Origin: Octopus bimaculoides
Taxonomy: Eukaryota
Length of the DNA: 64,000 nucleotides
Reading direction: 5' to 3'
Assembly: GCF_001194135.2 (NCBI RefSeq)
Contig: NC_069007.1
Coordinates: forward strand, 746,551 to 810,550
The notes below the pieces were generated by a model. That model did not search any database. It was not told the origin of the DNA and saw only the letters and a program-made list of their open reading frames with translations. Made by a program: the position numbers and the translations under genes. Positions within the stretch are counted from its first letter, which is position 1; the number at the start of each line of letters is the position of its first letter. Below are positions 52,660 through 64,000 of the stretch, in pieces.

Positions 52660-53879
52660 CACATACATATGTGCGTGTGTGTACATGCACATAAATAAAT
52701 TTTTATAATTTTATTCATACTTTATAAATGAATATTTTAATCTTTAATTAACTAAATTTACCTTATTTGTATTTAACTTCCCTCGTTTATCTCTTCTTTA
52801 TTTCTTTTCATTTTATTTATCTACTCTTCTTTATCTCTAATCAACTTGTAAACCCCTCGCACGAGGATAACAATATAGATAATAAACCGTAATATTTAAT
52901 CTGCTGAAATGGATTATAAGCCCACATATAACATCCCAAGATAAATATTTTTTTCCACTGATGAAACTATTACAAATGTCATATAAATGTAAATTTAATG
53001 TACAATTTTCTAATTAAATTATTGACTATTAATTGAAACGGTTGTAAGAAGCGAAGATGGCCAATTTGTTTTTAATAATAAACAATTATTAACTTCCTAA
53101 TTTCCGTTTTGTTTTCAACGTTTAACTAGATATAAACCATATGTTTTATATATAATCATTATTGTAAGGGAATTTCATTCCCCCAAATACTTGGTATTGA
53201 ACCAGTATTTCCTTGGATGCAATCATCCCTTCCCGAGGTTAATATATAGTGGAATTAATTGAAATTTAATAAACTTAATTTAATATATATATGTATGTAT
53301 GTATGCATGCATGCATTTATAAGCGTGTGTGTATAGAATATTACATTGTTAGCTTTACTGAAAGCTTCCTTACATAAGCCAAAAATAAGCCAAAAACGAC
53401 TTGTTCAGAGGTCTCGAGGTATTATTCACATGTCAATTCCACAATGATATCACAATAAGTCTTTCCTTAAACAAGGGCGATAATGAAGGAATGAAAAACA
53501 ATTGAGGAATTTGAAACAAAGAATGAAGAAAATATTTTATATTCATTTCTTATTCAAAAGTGAATCGTGATTTATTTCTCTTCCACTATCAATTAAATCT
53601 TGCTCTATCTTTGATCAATCTCCATGTTGAGCAGACGTTGTTTACTTCAGCGAATCAATGCTTGCGTTTCAGATATTGGTGCAGCCATAAATAAGCATAC
53701 AGCCGCAACATTTTGGATAAACGCTCTGAGTGACACGAATACTTGTGTTCTACAGGATATGTTGAATTCTGTTTCCAGGAAGTACAAATCAAAATACATA
53801 CATACGTTTACGTGTATGAGTATGTGTATGGGGAGAGAGAGAGCGCGCGCGACAGAGAGAGAGAGAGAGAGAGAGATCA

Positions 53880-54035
53880 ATAATCTTTTCTATTCTAGGC
53901 ACAAGGCTCGAAATTTTGGGGGAGAGGGCTAATCATCAGATCGACCTCTATACGCTGCTGGTATTTAATTTATCGACCTCGAAAGGATGAAAGGCAAAGT
54001 TGACCTCGGCGGAATTTGAACTCAGAACGTAACGG
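53880..54035 (-). mobile_element. SINE family A copy
   Basis: ctaggcacaaggctcgaaattttggg...ttatcgacctcgaaaggatgaaaggcaaagttgacctcggcggaatttgaactcagaacgtaacgg. Confidence 0.9.
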
Positions 54036-54729
54036 CATCATTCTCTTCACCTTTCGATAAACACAAGGAATACCTTTCAGCTTGCATCCCGTTAAGAACG
54101 GCAAAGTGGGAAGCCTGCCAACTGAATCATCCGGATTTTCCTAGGCGTTCTCTGTAGTTTTCAACAAGTCAGTGGTTTACAATGTATGGTTTGTAAGAAA
54201 TTTTAGCGACTGCTGAAAAGTAGAAGGCTTTCACAGAAGAATTACTCCTCATGCATGTGTTTCATGCGTTAATTCCCTGCACTCTAAGGGGGATGGGCTA
54301 AGTCTAGGGCATAACTTCTAGATACCCCTCATTTCCCACCTTCTGTGCAACTATCTGCATTATTAACCACCTGGAGGGTTAAGTTCCCCCAGAGCAGAGC
54401 TACTTTAGGTGATATAATCGATTTGGTGTCAGTATATCGGCTGATTGTCGACTAAATTATGATAGATGCAGGTCTACTCAGATGCTTCTATCATTAAGAG
54501 AGGGTGTCCTCTTTCTCACAGAAATTGAAAACTGCTTCGTGAAATCATATTTGCTCGCAAATGCTTTGGCTCCAGCCAATATGTCGAGGAATTTTGTGGT
54601 TTGGAAACCAGATTCTCTCAATCTAAGGACTTCACTGCTATATTTTTTCAGTCTTGTAGATGTGGGGTTCCTCCAATCAGCTCCTATACCGCACAATCTC
54701 TTTAATCAGAATCACTTGTTTTGATGTGT

Positions 54730-54942
54730 GCATGCTTATATATACACACACATATATATATATATATATATACATACATATATACATACATACATACATA
54801 TATATACATACATACATACATATATATATACATACATATATACATACATACATATATACATACATACATATATATACATACATATGTATACATACATATA
54901 TATACATACATATGTATACATACATATATATACATACATATG

Positions 54943-54973
<31 letters not shown>
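54730..54973. repeat. Compound (TACA)n/(TA)n array with higher-order units
   Basis: Direct reading; catacatatgtatacatacatatatata-type units recur. Confidence 0.85.
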
Positions 54974-56059
54974 NNNNNNNNNNNNNNNNNNNNNNNNNNN
55001 NNNNNNNNNNNNNNNNNNNNNNNNNNNNNNNNNNNNNNNNNNNNNNNNNNNNNNNNNNNNNNNNNNNNNNNNNNNNNNNNNNNNNNNNNNNNNNNNNNNN
55101 NNNNNNNNNNNNNNNNNNNNNNNNNNNNNNNNNNNNNNNNNNNNNNNNNNNNNNNNNNNNNATATATATAGGCGTATGTGTATGTATGTGTCTGCATTTG
55201 CATTTGCATGTATATTTGTATATAAGCATTTGGGCACACACATGTATGTAATATGCGTATGAGAAAGAAACGATGTACTTTCTCATGAATGTGTGTGTTT
55301 GTGTGTGTTTGTGTGTTTCTTTTGCCTTGTTCTTCATTATTTCCTAATTCACCATTGAAAAATAAAATGAATTTATCAAACAGACTTTGACTCTAGTTTG
55401 TTAATGTCAACCACTCAAGGCAGTCATTGTTTCTCTACTTTAGATTGAATTAACAAAATAAACATCTACAACAACCATCACCGCTACCACCACCACCACC
55501 ACCTCCACCACACCAACAAAAACAACAACACCATTTAAAACAAAAATTTAGAGAAAACTCGCATTATTAAGTCGTTATTTGTTTCTTTATCTCCAATTTT
55601 TTTTTATTTAATTATTTTTTTAATTCTATTATTTCTTCTTAACCTAACAAGCACGGTTTCTAATGTTTTTCGTATTTCTAAACTTTACAAATGTTTTTTA
55701 ATTGCTTCTAAGATTCGTCAAAGACATGAATTGGCCACACATTATATATAAGAAAATACATCTGTCCTAGGAAGAATAATAAACGTCTTTTTTCGTTTTG
55801 CTCTTAATAATTATTCTTCTGGGTGGATCTTAGTGCTAACAGAGTGAAGGAAGCTTATCCTCTTCGCAGTTACTGACAACCGTCTTGCTTTGAATTATGC
55901 GGTGTCTTGGTCATTCATCTCAGCAACTCTGTCTGTCTGTCGACATAGGTACACAGAAACATAGAAGCTACCTTAAATGTGCATATATTTACATGTATAT
56001 GTGTGTGTGGATGTCAGTGAAGATGAGTATGTGTGTGCGTGTGCGTGCGTGTTCGTGTG

Positions 56060-56240
56060 AAGACGCATGGCCTAGTGGCAAGGGTGTTGCACTCATGATC
56101 ACGAGGTCGTGGTTTCTAAACCAGGTGGTGCGCTGTGTTCTAGAGCGAACACACTTCCTCTCACGTTGCGCTACGATCACTTCCATACCTGACACACCTA
56201 GCACCTGTTCAGAGAACGTCGATTAGATGGAGAGAGGCCG
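56060..56240 (+). mobile_element. tRNA-headed SINE, degenerate (family C-related head)
   Basis: gcatggcctagtggcaagggtg (A-box) followed by gaggtcgtggtttctaaacc (decayed B-box) and tgtgttctagagcgaacacact. Confidence 0.65.
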
Positions 56241-56944
56241 CTCATATGCGGCACATTTGATGATTAAAAATGAATTATTTCCGCAGGTTATTTGACAAAA
56301 CGTTCTACTCTCTTCTACTCACTTACATTTGATGTATCACAAAAATGATGAAACATCGATGTCCATTGCTTCTGAACGGCGCGAATTGTCTCGCCTGTCT
56401 ATAAATGACATTCACGTGTCTTAACACCTGGCGCTTTCTGACAGAAACCTCCAACGCCTAGAATTGCAGCCGACGGACTAGCAAAATGCATACATTATGT
56501 AGGTGTGTTCGATATATTTTAGAAAATATGCAATGTGAAGAAACAAAAGATCTGGTAATTCAATCCGCAAACAATGTAACTTTTAGTTAGCTTCCATCGC
56601 CACTTCAGACTTTCTCCAACAGGCTTTACCTACACACGCATGTTTTAACGTTTTTCTGCCTGCATCCGGAGATTTTCTTTGAATTCATTAATTTAGACAT
56701 ATATATTTTTAATATATTTATTTAAAAAGTCTCTATTTGTATATTTTTAATCTATCGTGTACAATTGTCCTTTAAACCCATCTCTAATCGGAGTCATGGT
56801 TTCAGATTGAATTAGCAGGTCTTTTTTTCTTCTTCACATTACGTGTTGATATCTTTCGTATCAAGTTACTGTTGAGCACTTCTAAGTTCAACCCTCTACA
56901 TTGTGAGAGAATTTCTTGTCAATCTTCTTTCTCAGAAATATTAC

Positions 56945-56981
<37 letters not shown>

Positions 56982-57009
56982 TTTCTACTATATGTACAAA
57001 GCCTGGAAT

Positions 57010-57150
57010 GTGAGGGGTGACGAGTCTATCACATCGACCCCATTATTCAACTGGTACTTATTTTATCGACTCCGAAAAGATGAACGGGAAAATGGAACGA
57101 GGCGGAATTTGAACTCAAAACAGAGATGGACGAAATCCCAATAGGTATTT
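57010..57150 (-). mobile_element. SINE family A copy, cut by a gap
   Basis: tcacatcgacccc...ctggtacttattttatcgactccgaaaagatgaa...ggcggaatttgaactca. Confidence 0.85.
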
Positions 57151-57662
57151 NNNNNNNNNNNNNNNNNNNNNNNNNNNNNNNNNNNNNNNNNNNNNNNNNN
57201 NNNNNNNNNNNNNNNNNNNNNNNNNNNNNNNNNNNNNNNNNNNNNNNNNNNNNNNNNNNNNNNNNNNNNNNNNNNNNNNNNNNNNNNNNNNNNNNNNNNN
57301 NNNNNNNNNNNNNNNNNNNNNNNNNNNNNNNNNNNNNNNNNNNNNNNNNNNNNNNNNNNNNNNNNNNNNNNNNNNNNNNNNNNNNNNNNNNNNNNNNNNN
57401 NNATATATTTGTGTGTGTCTGTGTGTACGTAGATATTAATATGTTTGAATTTTATTGTTACAATGGTCTAAGTTATGAGAACTGTGCTATTCAACGTGAG
57501 CACTAACCTTAAAGGTTTCAATCAAATGTTTATATCGATCTCAACACTTCAACGAATACTCACTTAATCGTCACTATCAATTGAGATAGCTTTAGGGAGT
57601 TACATCCGGTTTTTGGACAAAAAATCATATATACATACATACAAACACACACACTCACAAAA

Positions 57663-57694
<32 letters not shown>

Positions 57695-58564
57695 GAATAT
57701 ATATATATATATATATGTGTGTGTATATATATATATATTTATACAAAAATCACACAATTATGTATGTGTATAAATTTATATACACATACGCAGATATATT
57801 ATATACAGCAAGTACTTATATGTGTGTATACGCTTTGTATGTTTTACAATGTGTTTATGTAAGTAGAATCAAGTACAATTTCCCTGAGTTATATATTCTG
57901 AACTACTGCCAATTTCCATTCCACAGACAAAATGTTAGAGGAAAGATCCTTGACACTGTTAGGAAAATCATGAATTCTTAACTGGAGCTGTCACTTCTCG
58001 AGAAAGTCTTCACACTAAACTCTTCATAATTGGTATGACAACTGTTATATCAAGTATGATACGACGTTATCTGTTTATGCAGGAGTGTGCTTCTGTACAC
58101 GCGTATATACATATGTCTATCTATCTATCTATCTATCTTGCTATTTATCTATATTTCTATGTGTAACGAAGATGACTTGTGGCTGCAAATTTTTAGATTC
58201 ATTGCTGTATTGCGACATATGTTTCTGCATCCCATACGTTTATTTGTAAGAATATTTTCGCATCCATAGGATTTTATCAAATAATATTTATAATATTTAT
58301 GAATCTTGAACATGCCTCTATTCCTAAAAGGATATATATATATATATATATACATACAGGCTACGGTGAATGAACCGTTGTCTAAATTACACAAAAATAA
58401 AATAACAATGACATCTCATTATAACAAATATATATACTATTTACCAAAATTACATTAAAATATCTTAGTGCACATGCTAAGGAGTGGCGGAGGTCAATCT
58501 GTACCTAGCAGCTTTAGCTTCGTTACTATGACCACAATCCGGTCGGTCGGTCGGTCGGTCGGTC

Positions 58565-58608
<44 letters not shown>

Positions 58609-59418
58609 NNNNNNNNNNNNNNNNNNNNNNNNNNNNNNNNNNNNNNNNNNNNNNNNNNNNNNNNNNNNNNNNNNNNNNNNNNNNNNNNNNNNNNNNNNNN
58701 NNNNNNNNNNNNNNNNNNNNNNNNNNNNNNNNNNNNNNNNNNNNNNNNNNNNNNNNNNNNNNNNNNNNNNNNNNNNNNNNNNNNNNNNNNNNNNNNNNNN
58801 NNNNNNNNNNNNNNNNNNNNNNNNNNNNNNNNNNNNNNNNNNNNNNNNNNNNNNNNNNNNNNNNNNNNNNNNNNNNNNNNNNNNNNNNNNNNNNNNNNNN
58901 NNNNNNNNNNNNNNNNNNNNNNNNNNNNNNNNNNNNNNNNNNNNNNNNNNNNNNNNNNNNNNNNNNNNNNNNNNNNNNNNNNNNNNNNNNNNNNNNNNNN
59001 NNNNNNNNNNNNNNNNNNNNNNNNNNNNNNNNNNNNNNNNNNNNNNNNNNNNNNNNNNNNNNNNNNNNNNNNNNNNNNNNNNNNNNNNNNNNNNNNNNNN
59101 NNNNNNNNNNNNNNNNACACACACACACACACACACACACACAGAATCTTCTTGAGTAAATTTGATATAAAAAACATTATCGATAGAGAACTCATGTCTC
59201 ACAAAAAAAAGATGAACCAAAATGAACTGGATGTTGAAAAAAGAAAAAAAATTGAAAAAACGGAAAGAAGAAAATGGCGGGGAAGAGAATAAATGTAAGA
59301 AAAAAAACATAACTAAATCTGTTATTTGAAATTACTTAAAATTTGAAAGAAGAAACGAAGGGCAAATAAACCGAAAGTATAACAACATTGAAGATCAACC
59401 GATTGTTTATTTGTTTTG

Positions 59419-59419
<1 letters not shown>

Positions 59420-59457
<38 letters not shown>

Positions 59458-59750
59458 TATTATTATTATTATCAACATTGCTATTATTATTATTGGTATT
59501 ACTTTTGTTGTTGTTTTTAGTACTTTGCTGTTCCTCATCGAATTATTTATTTTTGTTGTTGTTGTTATTAGCCTTAATAATATTGGGATTATCTCTTTTT
59601 TGTTTTTATTTTATTTCGTTTTTAAGATTTCCTAAATTCCATTATTGGAACTGTCAAAATAAAATTGATCACAATAAATCCTTTATTTGTGATAGGCAGA
59701 ACGAACAATAAAGCTATTAATAATGGTAGTAGTAGCGATCATGACAATGC

Positions 59751-59784
<34 letters not shown>

Positions 59785-59800
59785 TATTATTGTTATTATT
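59420..59800. repeat. (AAT)n/(ATT)n microsatellite tracts
   Basis: Direct reading. Confidence 0.9.
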
Positions 59801-60476
59801 ATTATTTTTAGTGTTTTATCTGCCACAAGGTCCCAAATATTGGGGACCGCGCAATGGTAAAGTACATAAGAAAACAAAAAAAAAATTGAAATAGCGTGGA
59901 ATTGACAGGGATTAAAATGGTCAGAACACATGAAAGCACTAAAAAGACAATAATAAATAGGTAATCCTTTATAAATAGCACTTAATGTAGGGAACACGAT
60001 AAGAAAGAATGTATAACGATATTTCAGACAAGCAAAATGGAACAATCCACATAGAAACCAATATTATCCAGATATACCAATCGGCCAAAATCTGTAGCTC
60101 GAATGAGAGTATTTTGAAATGTCTTGCAAGTTGTGCATTGTTTTCTAAAATCGTATTTCTTTTCAAGAAGACGGTAAAAGTGTTGGAGATTTAGTCTCAG
60201 AGGAGAAGCACTGTTGTCAGGCCTTTCTGCCACATCCAACAGAAAATATATTCGGTTTTAGTCACTGAAAGAAAGATGAATCAATATGTGAGTAAACGAA
60301 GATGTTACTTCGAACTTATTCAGAGACGTGACTGAGCAACGAAACCATTATGAGTTTCCCGGTGAGAAGTGTTAATAAGAGAACTGCCATTCCTTATGTG
60401 CTTCACATAACACATCAGTATAAATTGCCCGAAACAATCCAAACTTTTCGATTACCTTCTTACATTTGTGAGAGGT

Positions 60477-60593
60477 ATGAGCCACTTCTTCACTACAGGT
60501 TTCACTTCCTCGTCACTGGAATAATGTTTGCCTCTCAAACCATCTTTCATGGGACTGAAGAGTTTGAAGTCGCTAACTTGGCGAGTGTGGAGG
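60477..60593 (-). mobile_element. Mariner transposase fragment (pseudogene)
   Basis: Minus strand reads PPHSP, then after a frameshift SDFKLFSPMKDGLRGKHYSSDEEVKPVVKKWL. This matches mariner PPYSPDLAPSDFxLF..MKxxLRGxxF.S.EEV with the DLAP codons deleted. Confidence 0.85.
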
Positions 60594-60857
60594 TATGCAT
60601 GCATGTAGGTAGGTAAAATTGCTGGTAAGGGCAGCGTATTTCGTTATCCAACTGCAATAAACAGTCATCTATATCAAATGCTTGTAAGTCAATACAGCGT
60701 CCTACTTGTATTATTAGCAGATTCAATCACTTTTTAACACGATCAAAAGTGACGATGTTTCGCACTCTCACATGAATACGTCTAAGTAAGCGATGCAGAA
60801 GTAGATATAAAAATAGGTAACAGGTGTATATGTGTGTGTGTACATATATATATACTT

Positions 60858-60903
60858 TTATCTGTTTCAGTCATTCGACTGTGGCCATGCTGGAGCACCG
60901 CTT
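60858..60903 (-). mobile_element. SINE family B (or partner LINE), 3' tail only
   Basis: tctgtttcagtcattcgactgtggccatgctggagcaccgc is the reverse complement of the tail at 22075-22114. Confidence 0.8.
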
Positions 60904-60987
60904 GACATTATATATGTATATTTTACCATTTAATTTCATAAGAATATAAATAAGACATAAAAAACAGACAGAGTAGGAACTCTTTTA

Positions 60988-61040
<53 letters not shown>

Positions 61041-61523
61041 GACAAACGGACAAACGATAAGAGGATAACAGACACAAAGTGAACAAGAACGCTCTGAGAA
61101 TGAGGGAGACAAGGACATTTATTGTAAAAGGATGCAATGGAAATTGCTGTATTTAAAATGCTCGGCATGTTCGCCAGTTAGCGAACTCAGCCGATTTTTT
61201 ACAACACTTAATTGGTCAAAAGAGACTGCTTGTAAATCCATCGAAGAGTATAAACACTTTAATAGATTTTTACAATTTAAATAAATTCTATTTTCACTTT
61301 AGCCGAAAGAACTATGTCACTGTCAATGATTTGGCTTCGATACAAGAACGAATGCGATCTTCTCAAATGGATGGAATTAAAATTAGTGAGTAGACGCTGT
61401 GGGCTGAATGGGTGTCTGTGTAGGGGAGATATCGGTAGCGTAGTGTATGTATTCATGTGTGTGTGGGTGTGTGTTAGGTTTGTGTATGTATCTATGTATG
61501 TGTGTGTACGTGTATACGTGTCG

Positions 61524-61557
<34 letters not shown>

Positions 61558-61699
61558 CGGCTGATATATATGTTGCATATACTCACACTCACACACACAC
61601 ACACACACACACAGACGCACAGTAGCAAATGCATTAATGTGTCTATATCTCCATATAGTCTCACGTGAAATTATATTTATGTGAATATATTTGTATATG

Positions 61700-61750
<51 letters not shown>

Positions 61751-62392
61751 GTATGTCTATATGTACATATATGTGTGAGCGTGTATGCATATATATAAGG
61801 CATTGAGGGCGGGAGAATCAGAGAGAATGTAACGTAATACCTACACACATTGATCTGATTAAAGATGATTAAATTAAGAGTCTTGTTTCCTTTATATATT
61901 ATCATTGCTCAGCTTTAGGTCAACCTTGATGGAAAAGTTATTACCGAAGAAAACCACATCTTTTATTCAGACTTAATTCTATCCCGGACGAATATGTGTA
62001 ATGCGTTCTTACAGACGCTGCGATGTAATTTGGTTAATAGTTTTGGAAACTAAGCAAACTGCCTAGAAGAGCGAAGATTGTTTTATCTACTTGGCTAGAT
62101 CGTGAATTGAGCATCATCTGGCTGCTATTTTTAGTAGACCCAATAACCAAGCTCGTTTTCAATCTTGTTAATGAATATTATCATTATTCTGTTTTGATAC
62201 GGCAGTTGCTTAATGAATACGTATCGGTGTACTTATTATAGACACAATTCACACATCGTGTCCCATGTAGCTATGTAGTTGAGCTTCCTCATAATCTAAA
62301 ATTTCAGATTTCAAAAGATAACAATGATATTCAATTTTTAGTAATATAAATTTGAACTGGAAATTTCCTATATATGTATTCCGTTATTGTTA

Positions 62393-62575
62393 TACTTGTT
62401 GCTGTCATTTTGACTGTGGCCATGCTAGAGCACCGCCCATTTATTCGAAGAAATCAACCCCTGGACTTATTCCTTGTAAGCCTGCTACTTATTCTATCGT
62501 GCCCTTGTGCCGAACCGCTAGGTAACGGATGCGTAAACACACCGATAGCGGTTGTCAAACCGTGGTGAGGACCAA

Positions 62576-62652
<77 letters not shown>

Positions 62653-62806
62653 TAGACACACACACAACGAGCTTCTTTCAAGTTCTGTCTACGAAATCCA
62701 CTCAGAAGAACTTGGTCGGCCCGTGACTTAGAGTAGAAGACAATTGCCGAAGGTTCTTCGCAGTGGAATTGAACCCGGAACCATATGGTTGGATAGCAAG
62801 CTTATC
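62393..62806 (-). mobile_element. SINE family B, full-length, with internal (CA)/(TA) microsatellite
   Basis: Tail (tgactgtggccatgctagagcaccgcc), middle (gccgaaccgctaggtaacgg...ttgtcaaac), CORE-like part (gtagaagacaattgccgaagg) and head (gaacccggaaccatatggttgg) are in the expected order. Confidence 0.9.
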
Positions 62807-62991
62807 TGCAGAACACTTAAAATCTTGTGAGTTGCATTCAGTTGGCGGAAACTGTGTGGGACCAGTGTTATTGATTGTTCTTGGTTTTCCGAAATAAACT
62901 TACTCCACGGCCCTGTTTAACGTCTTTACCGTCTCTACTGCCCACCTGGATGCTTTCAAAGGTGCCAAACCTGTTGCAAACATTCATCTTT

Positions 62992-63042
62992 CCTCTCCAG
63001 CCTGAGTGCAAGTTCGTCCTTTTCGCTCACCAGTGATAGAGG
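62992..63042 (-). ncRNA. Degenerate type-I hammerhead ribozyme-like motif
   Basis: Minus strand: CCTCTATCA-CTGGTGA-GCGAAAAGGAC-GAAC-TTG(cact)CAGG-C-TGGAGAGG. This is close to canonical CTGATGAGTCCGAAAGGACGAAAC...GTC, with stems I and III still able to pair. Confidence 0.45.
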
Positions 63043-63469
63043 TCATGAAAAGCGTCTGAGGCGTCGCTCTTTATATTGTAACTGATCTACTGTTTAATCA
63101 AAATGAATTTTGGACATGACAACTGTGATATCAGTAACTAATCGAGGTAATTGTTTTATAAACATTTTGTATGTTGAGACCGTGTTTACAACATGGCCAT
63201 CAAGTCGTGTTTAAATGTTAGGGGGTGGGTGACACATCGAGAGAGACAGAGACAGAAAAAGGCAGAGAGCGGGGGGGGGAGAGGACAATACATTATGTGT
63301 TATCAACTTGGACAATTACGAAAGAGAAAGAGAAAATGGGAGAATGTGAGTGTGTGTGTGTGTGTGTAATTGGTGGGGGTAGGAGGTGCTCGCGCATAAA
63401 ACGGAGTATGGGGAAGAAAAATATCAGATTCTCACTCTGGACAATTATGAGAGTGAATGTGAGGGAAAA

Positions 63470-63535
63470 ATCATAGAGAGAGAGAGAGAGAGAGACAGAG
63501 AGAGAGAGAGAAATAGAGAGAGAGAAATAGAGAGA

Positions 63536-63571
<36 letters not shown>

Positions 63572-63630
63572 AATAGAGAGAGAGAGAGAGATGCAGAGAG
63601 AGAGAGAGGCAGAGAGAGAGAGATGCAGAG
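63470..63630. repeat. (GA)n compound microsatellite
   Basis: Direct reading. Confidence 0.95.
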
Positions 63631-64000
63631 ATAGGGGGAGAAAGTGTGTCGATGTGCATGTCAGCTTCGGCAATTATGACAGATAATGTGAATGTATTGT
63701 GTGTGTGCGTGCGTATGTGCGTGTGCGCAGTTTTAAGAGAATACATATGTGAGTGAGAGAGAAAGAGAGAGAGAGAAATGCTTATGAAAAAGGTCGAGAC
63801 CACAAGATGTCAACTCGACCAATTATGAGCAATATTTAGCTTCATGGAACTAATTCTTTCCAGACTTATCAAGTTCCAGATTCAACAAACGGAATCGTAA
63901 CCCAAAACACAGCAAACAATTTCTTTTTAAATGAACCAACAAAATCTGTAAATGGTAAAAATTAACAGCCAAATTTTACTTAAATCGCTCAACATCCTTT

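Noticed and set aside
54478-54724. Overlapping 72- and 80-aa ORFs
   Set aside because: No recognisable motif. Possibly an old LINE, but unsupported.
56370-56450. TATAAAT with upstream GC-rich bases considered as a core promoter
   Set aside because: It is a single short motif in AT-rich DNA with no supporting elements at the right spacing.

Overview
AT-rich eukaryotic (metazoan) DNA from a short-read assembly. It has 18 N-gaps, most bounded by (TA)n/(TG)n/(GA)n arrays, and a very high microsatellite load. I found no host protein-coding exon I can support. Nearly all ORFs in the track are translations of microsatellites or N-runs, so the window reads as intergenic DNA or a large intron. The repeat families resemble, from recall only, those of coleoid cephalopods (Octopus-like); this is inference, not a database result. 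Content: (1) decayed LINE fragments of four types (CR1/L2-group 3' end, HERO-type RLE, RTE/BovB RT, R4/Dong); (2) many copies of at least three tRNA-headed SINE families, called A, B and C here; (3) mariner remnants, a Tc1-like MITE and a ~390 bp fold-back element; (4) two different decayed hammerhead-ribozyme motifs, one in a Penelope-like LTR; (5) a few CpG- and motif-rich candidate regulatory islands. Best leads: a two-family composite SINE with a triplicated A-box inside one 15-bp TSD (50.05-50.64 kb); a LINE/SINE shared 3' tail with a compensatory stem-loop change; the two hammerhead motifs; the long fold-back. No CRISPR, rRNA or intact tRNA gene was seen.
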